Source of the DNA: a virus
Lineage: Duplodnaviria; Caudoviricetes
IMG/VR virus record: IMGVR_UViG_3300048851_000034
Location: 1 to 37,416 of that record
Strand: one strand, 5' to 3'
Length of the DNA stretch: 37,416 bases
Every line of letters begins with the position of its first letter. Positions within the stretch are counted from its first letter, which is position 1. The translations under genes were made by a program, and so were the position numbers. Shown piece after piece: positions 1 to 8,600 of the stretch. The notes beneath the pieces are model-generated. The model was not told where the DNA came from. It saw only the letters and a list, made by a program, of their open reading frames with translations, and made no database searches.

Positions 1-127
1 CCCGGGTTTCTCCCGAGCTGGCCATGCTTAAAATCGAGCACGTCGACCAGTCGAATGAGACTGACATGGGTTTTCTGACGCGCCTGGCTCAACAATATGA
101 TGCCGTGACAAAGCCGGTTAACGGCTT
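1..127 (+). repeat. Terminal direct repeat (assembly overlap), left copy
   Basis: Identical to 37290-37416; lies inside a CDS; 127 is a common assembler k-mer size. Confidence 0.95.
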
Positions 128-620
128 GTACGTGCTCGCCCGCCGAGGCCAGGTTAAGTCGCTATCCGGGCAGATCTTGCCCAAGGTGACGCTGTCGGTA
201 ACCAACGATAACCGGCCGGGCGATAAGTCGTTCACGATGGCCAGTATCGACGACGATACCCGGGTTAAATTCAAAGGCTGCAAAACGACCTGGTGGGATG
301 GCTCGGCCGGTAAAGAGTGCATTGTCGAGGTGGGCGTCGAGCCGTTCAAGAAGGTGCGCCAGCGCTATCAGGGTGAGGCCGAGGCGAAGGCAGCGGCCGA
401 GGCTCAATCGCGCAAGCAGGACCGCGAGGCCGTCAAGCTGCGCGTGGACTGCCCCGGCAATCCAGCACTGACGGCCGAGGGCCTGGTCGGCCTCGATGCA
501 AGCTGGCCGAGCTTTATGCAAGGCGACTGGTCTGCCGATCGGGTAACGCACAGCGGGAGTCGTCAGCAGAGTTTTCGCAGCTCGCTTGAGGCGAGCTATC
601 CCGAGGGTCGTGTCGGCTGA
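1..620 (+). CDS. P2 gpD-like baseplate hub / late control D protein, C-terminal part (joins 36890-37289; 339 aa in total)
   Basis: HVDQSNETDMGFLTRLAQQYDA motif; frame is continuous across the overlap; follows gpU and gpX. Confidence 0.85.
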   Translation, partial: RVSPELAMLKIEHVDQSNETDMGFLTRLAQQYDAVTKPVNGLYVLARRGQVKSLSGQILPKVTLSVTNDNRPGDKSFTMASIDDDTRVKFKGCKTTWWDGSAGKECIVEVGVEPFKKVRQRYQGEAEAKAAAEAQSRKQDREAVKLRVDCPGNPALTAEGLVGLDASWPSFMQGDWSADRVTHSGSRQQSFRSSLEASYPEGRVG

Positions 621-648
621 CCGGCGGTCCCGTTTTCCCAACTTGACG

Positions 649-685
649 AGCCCCCATCGCCTGGCGCGGTGGGGGCCTTTTTTTT
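649..685 (+). terminator. Intrinsic terminator ending the late operon
   Basis: GCCCCCATCGC-loop-GCGGTGGGGGC followed by T8. Confidence 0.85.
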
Positions 686-695
686 CGTCTGGTGG

Positions 696-724
696 TTGCG
701 CACTGTAACCAATATGGTTACACT
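696..724 (+). promoter_or_regulatory. higBA sigma70 promoter with overlapping palindromic operator
   Basis: TTGCGC(696)-17 bp-TACACT(719); perfect inverted repeat TGTAACCA-ata-TGGTTACA at 704-722. Confidence 0.75.
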
Positions 725-731
725 TACCACC

Positions 732-1010
732 ATGATAAAGACATTCAAACATAAGGGCCTCCGGGCCTTCTTCGACACTGGTAGCACTAAGGGCATCCAA
801 GCTGCTCACGCAAAGCGCCTTAATCAAGTGCTGGGTGTGCTGGACAGGGTTGCCGGTCCCGAGGAGATAGAAATGCCAGGCTTTCGCCTTCATCCTCTCA
901 AGGGCAACCTGGCCGGTTATTGGTCCTTATCAGTTAGCGGAAACTGGCGCGTTATCTTCCGTTTCGACGGCGCCGATACTGAATTGCTTGATTACCTCGA
1001 CTATCACTAA
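732..1010 (+). CDS. higB: HigB (RelE/ParE-fold) toxin, 92 aa
   Basis: MIKTFKHKGLRAFF...PGFRLHPLKGNLAGYWSLSVSGNWRVIFRF...DYLDYH; toxin-first gene order. Confidence 0.92.
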   Translation: MIKTFKHKGLRAFFDTGSTKGIQAAHAKRLNQVLGVLDRVAGPEEIEMPGFRLHPLKGNLAGYWSLSVSGNWRVIFRFDGADTELLDYLDYH

Positions 1011-1019
1011 GGAGGCCCT

Positions 1020-1301
1020 ATGGCCATGCACAATCCCCCGCATCCCGGCGCCGTCCTCGAGACGGTGTTCGAGGAGACCCCCATTTCTATCTCGGAGGCC
1101 GCGCGCAAGCTCAATCTGAGCCGCGGTTTTCTGTCGGCCGTGGTAAACGGCCGCAAGCCGGTACGCGCCGACCTGGCTGTGCGCCTGGAGCTCGCAGGGC
1201 TTTCCACCGCCCGTTTCTGGCTATCCATGCAGGCCGGTTATGACCAGTGGGAGGCCGAGCAAGTGGCGCACCCCGAGGTCGAGCGGATCGCCGCCGCCTG
1301 A
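1020..1301 (+). CDS. higA: HigA HTH antitoxin, 93 aa
   Basis: MHNPPHPGAVL...FWLSMQAGYDQW signature; RBS AAGGAGG. Confidence 0.92.
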   Translation: MAMHNPPHPGAVLETVFEETPISISEAARKLNLSRGFLSAVVNGRKPVRADLAVRLELAGLSTARFWLSMQAGYDQWEAEQVAHPEVERIAAA

Positions 1302-1316
1302 CTTACCGCCACCAAT

Positions 1317-1356
1317 AAAAAGCCCCCACTGCCTTGCGGCGGTGGGGGCTTTTTTT
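1317..1356. terminator. Bidirectional intrinsic terminator between higBA and the par operon
   Basis: A5-GCCCCCACTGCC-ttgc-GGCGGTGGGGGC-T7. Confidence 0.85.
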
Positions 1357-1375
1357 GTGCCTGAAAATCACCCGA

Positions 1376-1528
1376 TCATTGCTGGCCCTCGGCGCGGCTG
1401 GCTTTGATTTCGTTCGCGAGGTTGCGCGCGGTGCGGATTAAAAAGAGGGTTACCTTGCCGCTGAACAATGCGCCCGCGAACAATAGGCCGAGGAGAATTT
1501 CCAGCCCGCTCGATTCGTGTCGGCTCAT
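1376..1528 (-). CDS. Small putative membrane protein, 50 aa (not in the ORF track)
   Basis: MSRHESSGLEILLGLLFAGALFSGKVTLFLIRTARNLANEIKASRAEGQQ; ATGA overlap with the upstream gene; hydrophobic stretch. Confidence 0.6.
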   Translation of the reverse strand: MSRHESSGLEILLGLLFAGALFSGKVTLFLIRTARNLANEIKASRAEGQQ

Positions 1529-1914
1529 GGTGCGGGCGCTCCCGCGGCTGGCTTTGGCGCCCTGTCGACTTCGGCCTGCAGCCAGGTCAGCACGTCCGCC
1601 CGGGCCAGATCCGCGCCAGGCAGCGGCAGGCGGCCGGGTAGCGTGGCCAGGTAGTCGGCCAGGTTCTGATTGTTCGCTCGGCAGATCCGCAGGCGATGGT
1701 TGAGCAGGATCTGCTCGGCCTCGCTGTCGTCGAGTCGCTCAAGAAGCGGCTGCAGCACGTCGCTGGCAGTGGTGACGATTTCGACGATGCGCGGATCTGC
1801 AGGGGTCACGGTGCCGAGGTAATGGTCGACCATGCGCGTGCGGCTGTAGTCCTCCTGCAGCAACGCTGCAAGGCGCTGCGCTCCGCGCTCGAGCTCATGC
1901 ACTGAGGTAGCCAT
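1525..1914 (-). CDS. Hypothetical protein, 129 aa
   Basis: RBS AGGAGG; TAATG coupling to the upstream ORF. Confidence 0.7.
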   Translation of the reverse strand: MATSVHELERGAQRLAALLQEDYSRTRMVDHYLGTVTPADPRIVEIVTTASDVLQPLLERLDDSEAEQILLNHRLRICRANNQNLADYLATLPGRLPLPGADLARADVLTWLQAEVDRAPKPAAGAPAP

Positions 1915-2060
1915 TATGCGGCCCTCCTGAGCAGGTCATGCAGCGCCTCGGCAACGCATGGCGGCGCCTGGTCGGCAAACGCCTCGAGTAGTTGACGCGA
2001 AGCGGTTAGGAGCTGGCTGACGGGAAGGTCGAGCAGCGTGGTATAGTCCTTTCTGGACAT
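1914..2060 (-). CDS. Hypothetical small protein, 48 aa (not in the ORF track)
   Basis: MSRKDYTTLLDLPVSQLLTASRQLLEAFADQAPPCVAEALHDLLRRAA; RBS GAGG; stop overlaps the next ATG. Confidence 0.6.
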   Translation of the reverse strand: MSRKDYTTLLDLPVSQLLTASRQLLEAFADQAPPCVAEALHDLLRRAA

Positions 2061-2135
2061 GGTTGAGCCTCACAGGGTTTTGATTGTGTCTACGCCTGGT
2101 CACGGTTGCACCCGTGGCCCGGCACCTTTCTCGCC

Positions 2136-2438
2136 TTACTTCGGCAAGCCATCCAGTCGCCGCTTTAGCTCGGCAACGTCACGCACGGGATACTGTCCAT
2201 CCCCTCGCGAATACTTCTCGAATAAATCCTCGATCGCTTCCATCAGCAGCAGCTTTACCGCTGTGTTGTTGGTCGACAGGTTTTTGAGCTCGGTCAGGCC
2301 CATGGCATACCGCGCCGGGCCGGTGAAATAGACGCGCTCGTCTTTCGGTGCGTCGACCAGAACGGCTCGGGCCTGCGCTTCGCCTGCGCGTTCGTTGTTC
2401 GTCGGGCGGCGCGTAAGTAGGGGTTTCTTGTCGGTCAT
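2136..2438 (-). CDS. Putative type Ib centromere-binding protein (ribbon-helix-helix, ParG-like), 100 aa
   Basis: ATGA-coupled to parA; flexible N-terminus, then strand RVYFTG, helix, and helix LLMEAIEDLFEKY. Confidence 0.65.
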   Translation of the reverse strand: MTDKKPLLTRRPTNNERAGEAQARAVLVDAPKDERVYFTGPARYAMGLTELKNLSTNNTAVKLLLMEAIEDLFEKYSRGDGQYPVRDVAELKRRLDGLPK

Positions 2439-3097
2439 TGTTGCGTTTCCAGTAGTGCTAAAACTTCGGCGGTGATGGCTTCGATTTCTTGTCGGGCCGG
2501 GTCGGTGGCAGGCAGGTCCATTACGCTCTCGCCGGCGCCGACGCCTTTGATATATGCCTGCCGCTTGCACGTCTGCGCGTTCAATACGGGCAGGCCGTAG
2601 GATTCGAGGTGCTCGCGGATCTCACCGGCCAGCTTCGTGTTGGGTATGGCCTGGCTGACCAGTGTTACGGCGATCGGCTTGCCGTCTGCCAGCTCCTGCC
2701 GTTCCTTTACGAGATTGATCGTCGGCTCGCTGGCCCATATGTCGTATGGCGACGGCTGGACCGGAATTATCACTAGGTCCGCAACCTTGAGCGCGGCCGC
2801 CATGAGGGCGTCGAGCGCGGGTTTGCCATCGATGACCACGACGTCGTAACCGCCCGCAATGGCCGGCAGGTCGCGCGCCAGGTTGGCCCCAATGCTGACC
2901 ACCGGTATTACGCCAGGGTCGCCTTCACCCTTGTCGCGGCTCGCTGCCCAGTTCGACGCCGAGCCCTGGGGGTCATAGTCGACCAGCAGGACCTTGAGGC
3001 CGTGCTTTACCTTTAGGCAGCTACTAAGGCTCGTTGAGGTGGTCGTTTTGCCCGGTCCTCCCTTCTCACTCACTACAGCGATAATCTTTGCTCGCAT
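2435..3097 (-). CDS. parA: ParA/ParF-type partition ATPase, 220 aa
   Basis: Deviant Walker A KGGPGKTT, VDYDPQGS, YDVVVIDG, ADLVIIPVQPSPYDIWA; no N-terminal HTH (type Ib); alternative GTG start at 3106. Confidence 0.93.
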   Translation of the reverse strand: MRAKIIAVVSEKGGPGKTTTSTSLSSCLKVKHGLKVLLVDYDPQGSASNWAASRDKGEGDPGVIPVVSIGANLARDLPAIAGGYDVVVIDGKPALDALMAAALKVADLVIIPVQPSPYDIWASEPTINLVKERQELADGKPIAVTLVSQAIPNTKLAGEIREHLESYGLPVLNAQTCKRQAYIKGVGAGESVMDLPATDPARQEIEAITAEVLALLETQQ

Positions 3098-3137
3098 GGC
3101 CGGCACCCTTCTGTTGTTGTCCGTGGCCGCATCATAT

Positions 3138-3185
3138 GCGCATTTGCGTAAAGGCGTAAAGACGTAAAAGCGTAAAAACGCATAG
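3138..3185. repeat. 8-bp-period array 1 (candidate centromere / par operator)
   Basis: GCGCATTT GCGTAAAG GCGTAAAG ACGTAAAA GCGTAAAA ACGCATAG, directly upstream of parA. Confidence 0.75.
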
Positions 3186-3490
3186 ATCCGCTTTTGCCTG
3201 TAAAGACAATGGCGCCCGAACGGGCGTCGTCCTTTCTAGCCCTCCCTGTAAGCCCCTGTTTTCGCGGGGTCCCTTCTTGTCTGCGCAGTCGTGTCCTTTC
3301 CGTCCCTACCTGCATTCCTGACCGTCTGAATGACTTAGCCCTATGGTCGTCACCTATCCTCGCCAACTTGTCAACCTCCTCGCCTCCTTACCTTCGCACA
3401 ACCTTGCACCTAGGGCAGTGGGTGTATGTCACCCCATTCCATACACCCCCAGCCCCTCCATTGCATACACCCCAAGCCCTACAATGTGCC

Positions 3491-3566
3491 AGGGCTAAGG
3501 GTGTATGCACCCTTTGCCCATTCTATACGTATAGAATGGGCAAAGGGTGCATACACCTTTAGCCCT
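3491..3566. other. telRL telomere resolution site
   Basis: 76-bp palindrome with one mismatched pair; perfect 58-bp core 3500-3557 centred on CTATAC|GTATAG (3528/3529); ~130 bp upstream of protelomerase. Confidence 0.93.
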
Positions 3567-3627
3567 ATCCTATGTTCGCATACACCATGCCCTAGGGTTA
3601 TAGGTGTATATAGGTATGGAATAGGGC

Positions 3628-3668
3628 TTGCGGTGTATGCTTGACAGGTATACAATCTGGTCTATGGT
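3628..3668 (+). promoter_or_regulatory. Candidate overlapping telN promoters
   Basis: TTGCGG(3628)-17 bp-TACAAT(3651) and TTGACA(3641)-16 bp-TATGGT(3663). Confidence 0.55.
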
Positions 3669-3699
3669 TTAGGGTGTATGCCAATAGGAGGCGATGGCG

Positions 3700-5328
3700 A
3701 TGACGAATGACAAGGCGAAGGGCGGGCAACTGGCGGTCGATCAGCAGGAGCCAGAACGGTTCGGCAACCACGGCGGGCAGACCCGTCAGAAGGTTGAACT
3801 GCGCGTGATAATCACGGAACTGCTCGAGGGCATCCGGGCTATCGATGGCAACGCCGAGCTGGCGCGGGGGGAGAAGACAAAGCGGATCGCCAGGCTTGCG
3901 GAGAAGGTCAAGACAAAGCTGTATGAGGATCGCCGGCGCAAGCCCGACTCTAAGCTGCAGGCGTCGACGTATCGCCGCTATTTGACGACCATCCGCAAGG
4001 CGATCACCGAGCAGAACTGGCGGCACCACTCGGTCGAGGAAACGGCTCTGCGCCTGGCTAAGCGCTTCCCGCGCTGGGCCGATCGCCTGCAGGCGATGGC
4101 CTACCTAACCGACATAACGCCGCTGCGCCTGGCTCATAAGGATCTGCTGGCCGAGATCCGGCGCGCGGGCGAATCCGACGCCTATGACGCCGTGTCAGAA
4201 ATGAAACTCGACCATGAGGTCATGCGCCACCTCGTTCTGCCGGGCGTCACCAAGGTCGAGCTGGCCGCCGACGCCGCCGAGGTCCTCGAGACCAAGGCGA
4301 CCAACACGATAACGATCGGATACCACCAGCTTATGGCCTCGATCGCCGAGCTACTGACCGCGCAGCAGCTACGTGGCGACCACTACGGCCAGTATTTCTC
4401 GCACCTGGCGCTCGGCCTGGCGCTGGCCACCGGCCGCCGGCAGATCGAGATCCTCAAGCTCGGGCGCTTCAAAAAGGTCGGCGAATTCGAGCTCGAGTTT
4501 TCCGGGCAAGCGAAGCAGCGCCAGGGCGTCGACTACTCGGAAAGCTACAAAATTTATTCGCTTATCAAGGCCGATATGGTGCTCGAGGCGTTCGAGCGCC
4601 TGCACGCCATGCCCGAAGTCGCCGAGCTGCAGTCACTGGAAAACGACGAGGTAAACCGGCGGGTGGCCAAGACCCTAAACACGGTGGCCAAGCGCGTCCT
4701 GGGCAGCGAGGCGCGCGTGTTCAAGGACTCTCGAGCGATATGGGCTCGCATCGTATTCGAGACCCATTTCGCCACCGATGCGCGATGGAAGAAGGTAAAC
4801 GAAACCGTGTTTTGGCGCGAAATGCTCGGCCATGAGGATCTCGACACGCAGGAGAGTTACAAGCAGTTCAAAATCGACTACACCGTGCCCGAGCAGCCAG
4901 CCGAGTCGGCCAGCCGGTACGCCAGTCGCCTCGATGGCCTCGAGGCCCTGGACGATCACCCGAGCATTGTTGGCCGAGCAGGCATGGTGAAAATTCACGA
5001 TTGGGTGAAAGCGACCATCAAGGCAACACCCGAGGCGCGGATCTCGCAGAAAGCGATCGCCACCAACGTCGGCAGCTACCGGCCGAACATCAAGGAGTAT
5101 CTGGCGATCGCTGAGGAGGCCCTCGCAGCGCCGGCCGTGGCCGGGGCCTCGGTTGCTGCTGCAGAGGTGCCCGCGTCGGTGGCCAGGGCCAAGCCCTTCA
5201 TGCGCTCCGAACGCGATGGCGAGGAGTGGGTGGCGGTTGCTTCGATCAACGGCGTCGATGTAGCCAGCGCCCGGTCAGCGGATCGAATGACCGCCATGCG
5301 TGAGGCGTTTAGCCTCGCGACGGCCTGA
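3700..5328 (+). CDS. telN: Protelomerase / telomere resolvase
   Basis: Motifs LATGRRQIEI, GQAKQR, FKDSRAIWAR, MLGHEDLDTQESYKQF; RBS AGGAGG is better spaced to ATG 3700 than to 3694. Confidence 0.95.
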   Translation: MTNDKAKGGQLAVDQQEPERFGNHGGQTRQKVELRVIITELLEGIRAIDGNAELARGEKTKRIARLAEKVKTKLYEDRRRKPDSKLQASTYRRYLTTIRKAITEQNWRHHSVEETALRLAKRFPRWADRLQAMAYLTDITPLRLAHKDLLAEIRRAGESDAYDAVSEMKLDHEVMRHLVLPGVTKVELAADAAEVLETKATNTITIGYHQLMASIAELLTAQQLRGDHYGQYFSHLALGLALATGRRQIEILKLGRFKKVGEFELEFSGQAKQRQGVDYSESYKIYSLIKADMVLEAFERLHAMPEVAELQSLENDEVNRRVAKTLNTVAKRVLGSEARVFKDSRAIWARIVFETHFATDARWKKVNETVFWREMLGHEDLDTQESYKQFKIDYTVPEQPAESASRYASRLDGLEALDDHPSIVGRAGMVKIHDWVKATIKATPEARISQKAIATNVGSYRPNIKEYLAIAEEALAAPAVAGASVAAAEVPASVARAKPFMRSERDGEEWVAVASINGVDVASARSADRMTAMREAFSLATA

Positions 5329-5587
5329 ACTGCAAGACCTCGGCGGGCGCCGGGACCTGATCCGACGCCTCAACCTTTCCCGATGGTCGCTCCTGGCCAT
5401 CGGTCTGTGACTGCCCCAGCGTCTCCAACTGCTCGGCAACCTCTCTCACTTCCTTCTGAATCAACCAGCAAACCTCGGCCACGTTGTCGAACGTGGTCAT
5501 GTGCCCGGCGCGCATAATCATTTCGAGCGCACTGTCTACGCGCGTCATCCGTCGTTGCAACGCTTCTACTGCTGCCTGCTCTGCCAT
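5309..5587 (-). CDS. Small SOS-regulated protein, candidate antirepressor, 92 aa
   Basis: RBS AGGAG 5 nt before ATG 5587; LexA box upstream; lies between repA and telN; function is inferred. Confidence 0.7.
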   Translation of the reverse strand: MAEQAAVEALQRRMTRVDSALEMIMRAGHMTTFDNVAEVCWLIQKEVREVAEQLETLGQSQTDGQERPSGKVEASDQVPAPAEVLQFRPSRG

Positions 5588-5618
5588 TCTCGCTCCTATG
5601 ATGCTGGCCATCTGATTA

Positions 5619-5634
5619 CTGTATATGCGTACAG
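5619..5634. promoter_or_regulatory. LexA (SOS) box
   Basis: taCTGTATATGCGTACAGct matches CTGT-N8-ACAG; intergenic, between the repA stop and the small ORF. Confidence 0.85.
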
Positions 5635-5635
5635 C

Positions 5636-8600
5636 TTAAACCGACTGGCTCTGGTGGAAAAGTCGTTCTGCATATGCAAGTCGAAAGCCAATGGTCGAAG
5701 CCGACGCCTCGGGGCTGGCCAGGTCCCGCATAACCTCGGGCGCCAATGCCCCCAACAAACGGGCTAACGACGTGCCGACAGGTTTGAAAGAGCGACGAGC
5801 GGCGGCGAAAGCCTGGTCACGTAGTTCTAAGGGATACTTTTCATCTACTGCTATACCCCCACTCTGCAAAGTGTCCCTGTCTTGCTCGAGGGACACTTCA
5901 ACCGAGGCCGCGGGCTTGGGCTGGTGGGTGCTGGCGGGCTCATGGGTGGCCAGGGAATGTACGCCCATGGCGGCGCGGTTTTCGACGTAGTGCATGATGA
6001 AATGCCAAGACTCCTCGCAGATCCGGTATTTGTTGCCGCCGTTCGATTTGCGCTTCTTAACACTGAGACCAAGCCGCGCGAGGATTGACTGCACCAGAGT
6101 TGTCGCACAGCACTTGCCTTTGGCCGAGACGGTTTTCCCAAGGCCGAGGGCGTTATAGAGCTCAAGGCTCTGCTGGGTGGCGCGGATACGCTCGAGGACG
6201 GCCCTGCAGGCCGCTACAGTGAACTCTCCGGCGCCTGACCCTAGGTCGACCCCTAGGGTCTGCAGCGTTTCGCGCAGGAAGGCCCGCGCAGGAGCTTTGA
6301 AGCGTGCTTTCGTGAGTGTCACCCGGGCTCTGCGCTGGGCCTTGTCGAAAGCCCTGGCCTGATCCTCGGTCGCCTGCAGCAGCTCCATGGCCACCACCTT
6401 TCCGATCCCGCGGTCGTCGTAAAACGCCACGTCGTCGACGGTGATAGCGGAAATGCCGAGTTGGTTCTCCATCTGGTAGCGGTCGATCTGCGCCGCCTCG
6501 CGCTCGCTGCGCACTTCCATCCGGTCAAGGCGCTGAAATTCCTCCTCGGTCGGCGTCTCCACGCTTTCGATAAGGTCCATGCGGCGCTCGAACACCAGCC
6601 CGCCGGCGTGCTTGCGGTTCTGCCTGGCGAGCTTTGCCAGCTCCTCGTCAGTGGCCACGCGCTCGACGCGGTAGCGATCGGCGTGGAGCATCATCAACAA
6701 GTTGTTGGCGAAGTTGTTTTTTGCGCGGTTTTCTGTCACCACACTCGATAGATAGAGCTCGTCGAAGGCGGTTTTTTGACGGCGCAGCAATACCTCGTCG
6801 GTCGTCTCCTCGAGCTCGCAAGCCATTTCATCGGCCGCCAGGCGTCCGCGCCAGATCGCCTCGCGCTCGGTAGGGCGCTGGGTGGATTTGTGGCCGATGC
6901 CGATGAGGTAGTGCCGGGCAGTACGGTCGCGGCGCAGCATCTGGATAGCGTCGCTCGGGCCGACCGTGTTGCCGCTGAAAAGGCCAATGTGGTGCTGGAA
7001 GTGCGGGAGGGTCATGGACACGCCAGACGAGATCGCAGGCGAGTAAATGAGCACGTCGTATTTGACGGCCTCGGCCGAGGGGTTGCCGAGAAATGCCTCG
7101 ACGTCCGGGTCGGCTTTGGAGTCGGCATGAACCAGCAGCAGCTTTGTTTCGGGGCGCTGCTCCTCGACCATCACCGCCAGTTTTTTCGCTTGTTCGGCCG
7201 AGTCGCTTGCGATCATCACGCGATGACCGGCGAGCATCAGATCAAGCCCTTTCTGCCAGACCGACTCCTCGTCGCTGAATTTGACGCTGACGTGCTCCAT
7301 GGTGCCGTCGATCTCGAGGATCGTGATGGGCCTGCGAGGGTCTGCCATTTCGCAGAGCTCGATAACCGAGTCATTGGCGTCGGCGTCGCAAAGCAGGACG
7401 CGCTTGGCGCTGGCCATCGCGTCGAGTAGGGCATCCATCACGCGCACTGGCGACTCGACTGGCCCGGTGGTGGTGTGGCGGATGACCTGGCTCGCCTCGT
7501 CGATGCAAAGCGTGTCGACGGTGGTGAACCAACTGCGATCGTCGTCGTTGTAAAACCGCGGATTGGTCAGCGAGTTAACGCAGCAGGCCAGGTGCGAGAC
7601 GTAGGGCATTTCAGCCGTTACGACCTGCTGGTAATGGCTGATATTCAAGCGGGTCGCGGCGTCGTCGAGCAGGCTGATCCGGTGGGCGATATAGGCCGCT
7701 TTCGGCGCGCTGGCCATCACTGGCGCTATGAGTTTTTCAGTCTTGCCCGAGCCCATTGGAGCGCGAACGATGATGAAACCCTCGAGGGACTCAACCATAT
7801 CCGCCAGGTGCTCCGGCAGCTCGACGCCGCCATGCGCTGCCCGGACGCCTGGAATTTTCAGATGCGAGACGTTTGGACGTGCCAGGCCCGCCGCGGAAAA
7901 GCCGCGCAGCTCCTGTGCCTCGGCCATTTTGCGGCTCGCAAGCCAGACCGCTTGCCGGCGGATCTTGTGCAGGTTGAACTCATGCCCGGCCGGCAGCGCC
8001 TCGAGAACGCGCTCGAGAACTTCGGCGCCGGTGTACTTGATCGGGGCGAGCAACATGCCCGCGGAGATCGCCGCGCGTGCCACGGTCTCGGCGTTCCGGC
8101 CGCTGGCCGCAATGCGCTGCAGGCAGAAAGCAAAATAGTCTTTCTCGGCCTTCACAACCTGGCGCTGGCGCAGGGCCTTTGCCGTGGCGCGCAAACCGAA
8201 AGCGACGTGGTAGTCGTTCCAGTCGGTCGGCCCCTTGTGCTTGACCGCGAAGGCGGCCAGGTCCTCGGCCGGCAGTTCGGAAAAATCAGGCATCACGGCC
8301 CAGCGGCCGTACTCGCGGTGAAGATCCAGTGCGGCCAGTAGGCCGGCATTGCCTGCCCGGGTCCATTGGTCATTGTCGGCTGCGTTCACCGTCTCGGCGA
8401 GCAGCTCGCGGCGACCGTAAGCGGCCATGACGTGGCGCAGGTTATCGACGCTGAGCGTGATAATCACGCAAGCGTTGTTTCCGACCTCACGCTCTGCCAG
8501 GTAAACGCTGGCGCCAGTGGCGAAGCCTTCGACGAAGTAGGTGCGGGAGGCGCGCTGGCGGTTGCCGATGATGAAATGGGCGCCATCCATGCGGGTCCCG

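Larger units (their letters stand above)
3421..3680. repeat. Nine GGTGTAT(G/A) / CATACACC boxes around telRL and the telN promoter
   Basis: Copies start at 3421, 3440, 3464, 3500, 3550, 3579, 3603, 3632 and 3673. Confidence 0.8.

Noticed and set aside
3073-3644. ORFs 3073-3366, 3194-3562 and 3426-3644
   Set aside because: Cross the tel palindrome and regulatory repeats; no convincing RBS or protein features
3421-3680. CRISPR array or iteron origin
   Set aside because: Repeats are 8 bp, in mixed orientation and irregularly spaced; no cas genes; explained by telRL
3694-5328. Integrase (tyrosine recombinase) call
   Set aside because: Motifs and the adjacent palindrome fit protelomerase; no att site or host flanks are present
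5309-5634. VqmA/LuxR quorum-sensing receptor module as in VP882
   Set aside because: No room or ORF for a transcription factor; no PAS or LuxR-type protein seen in the window
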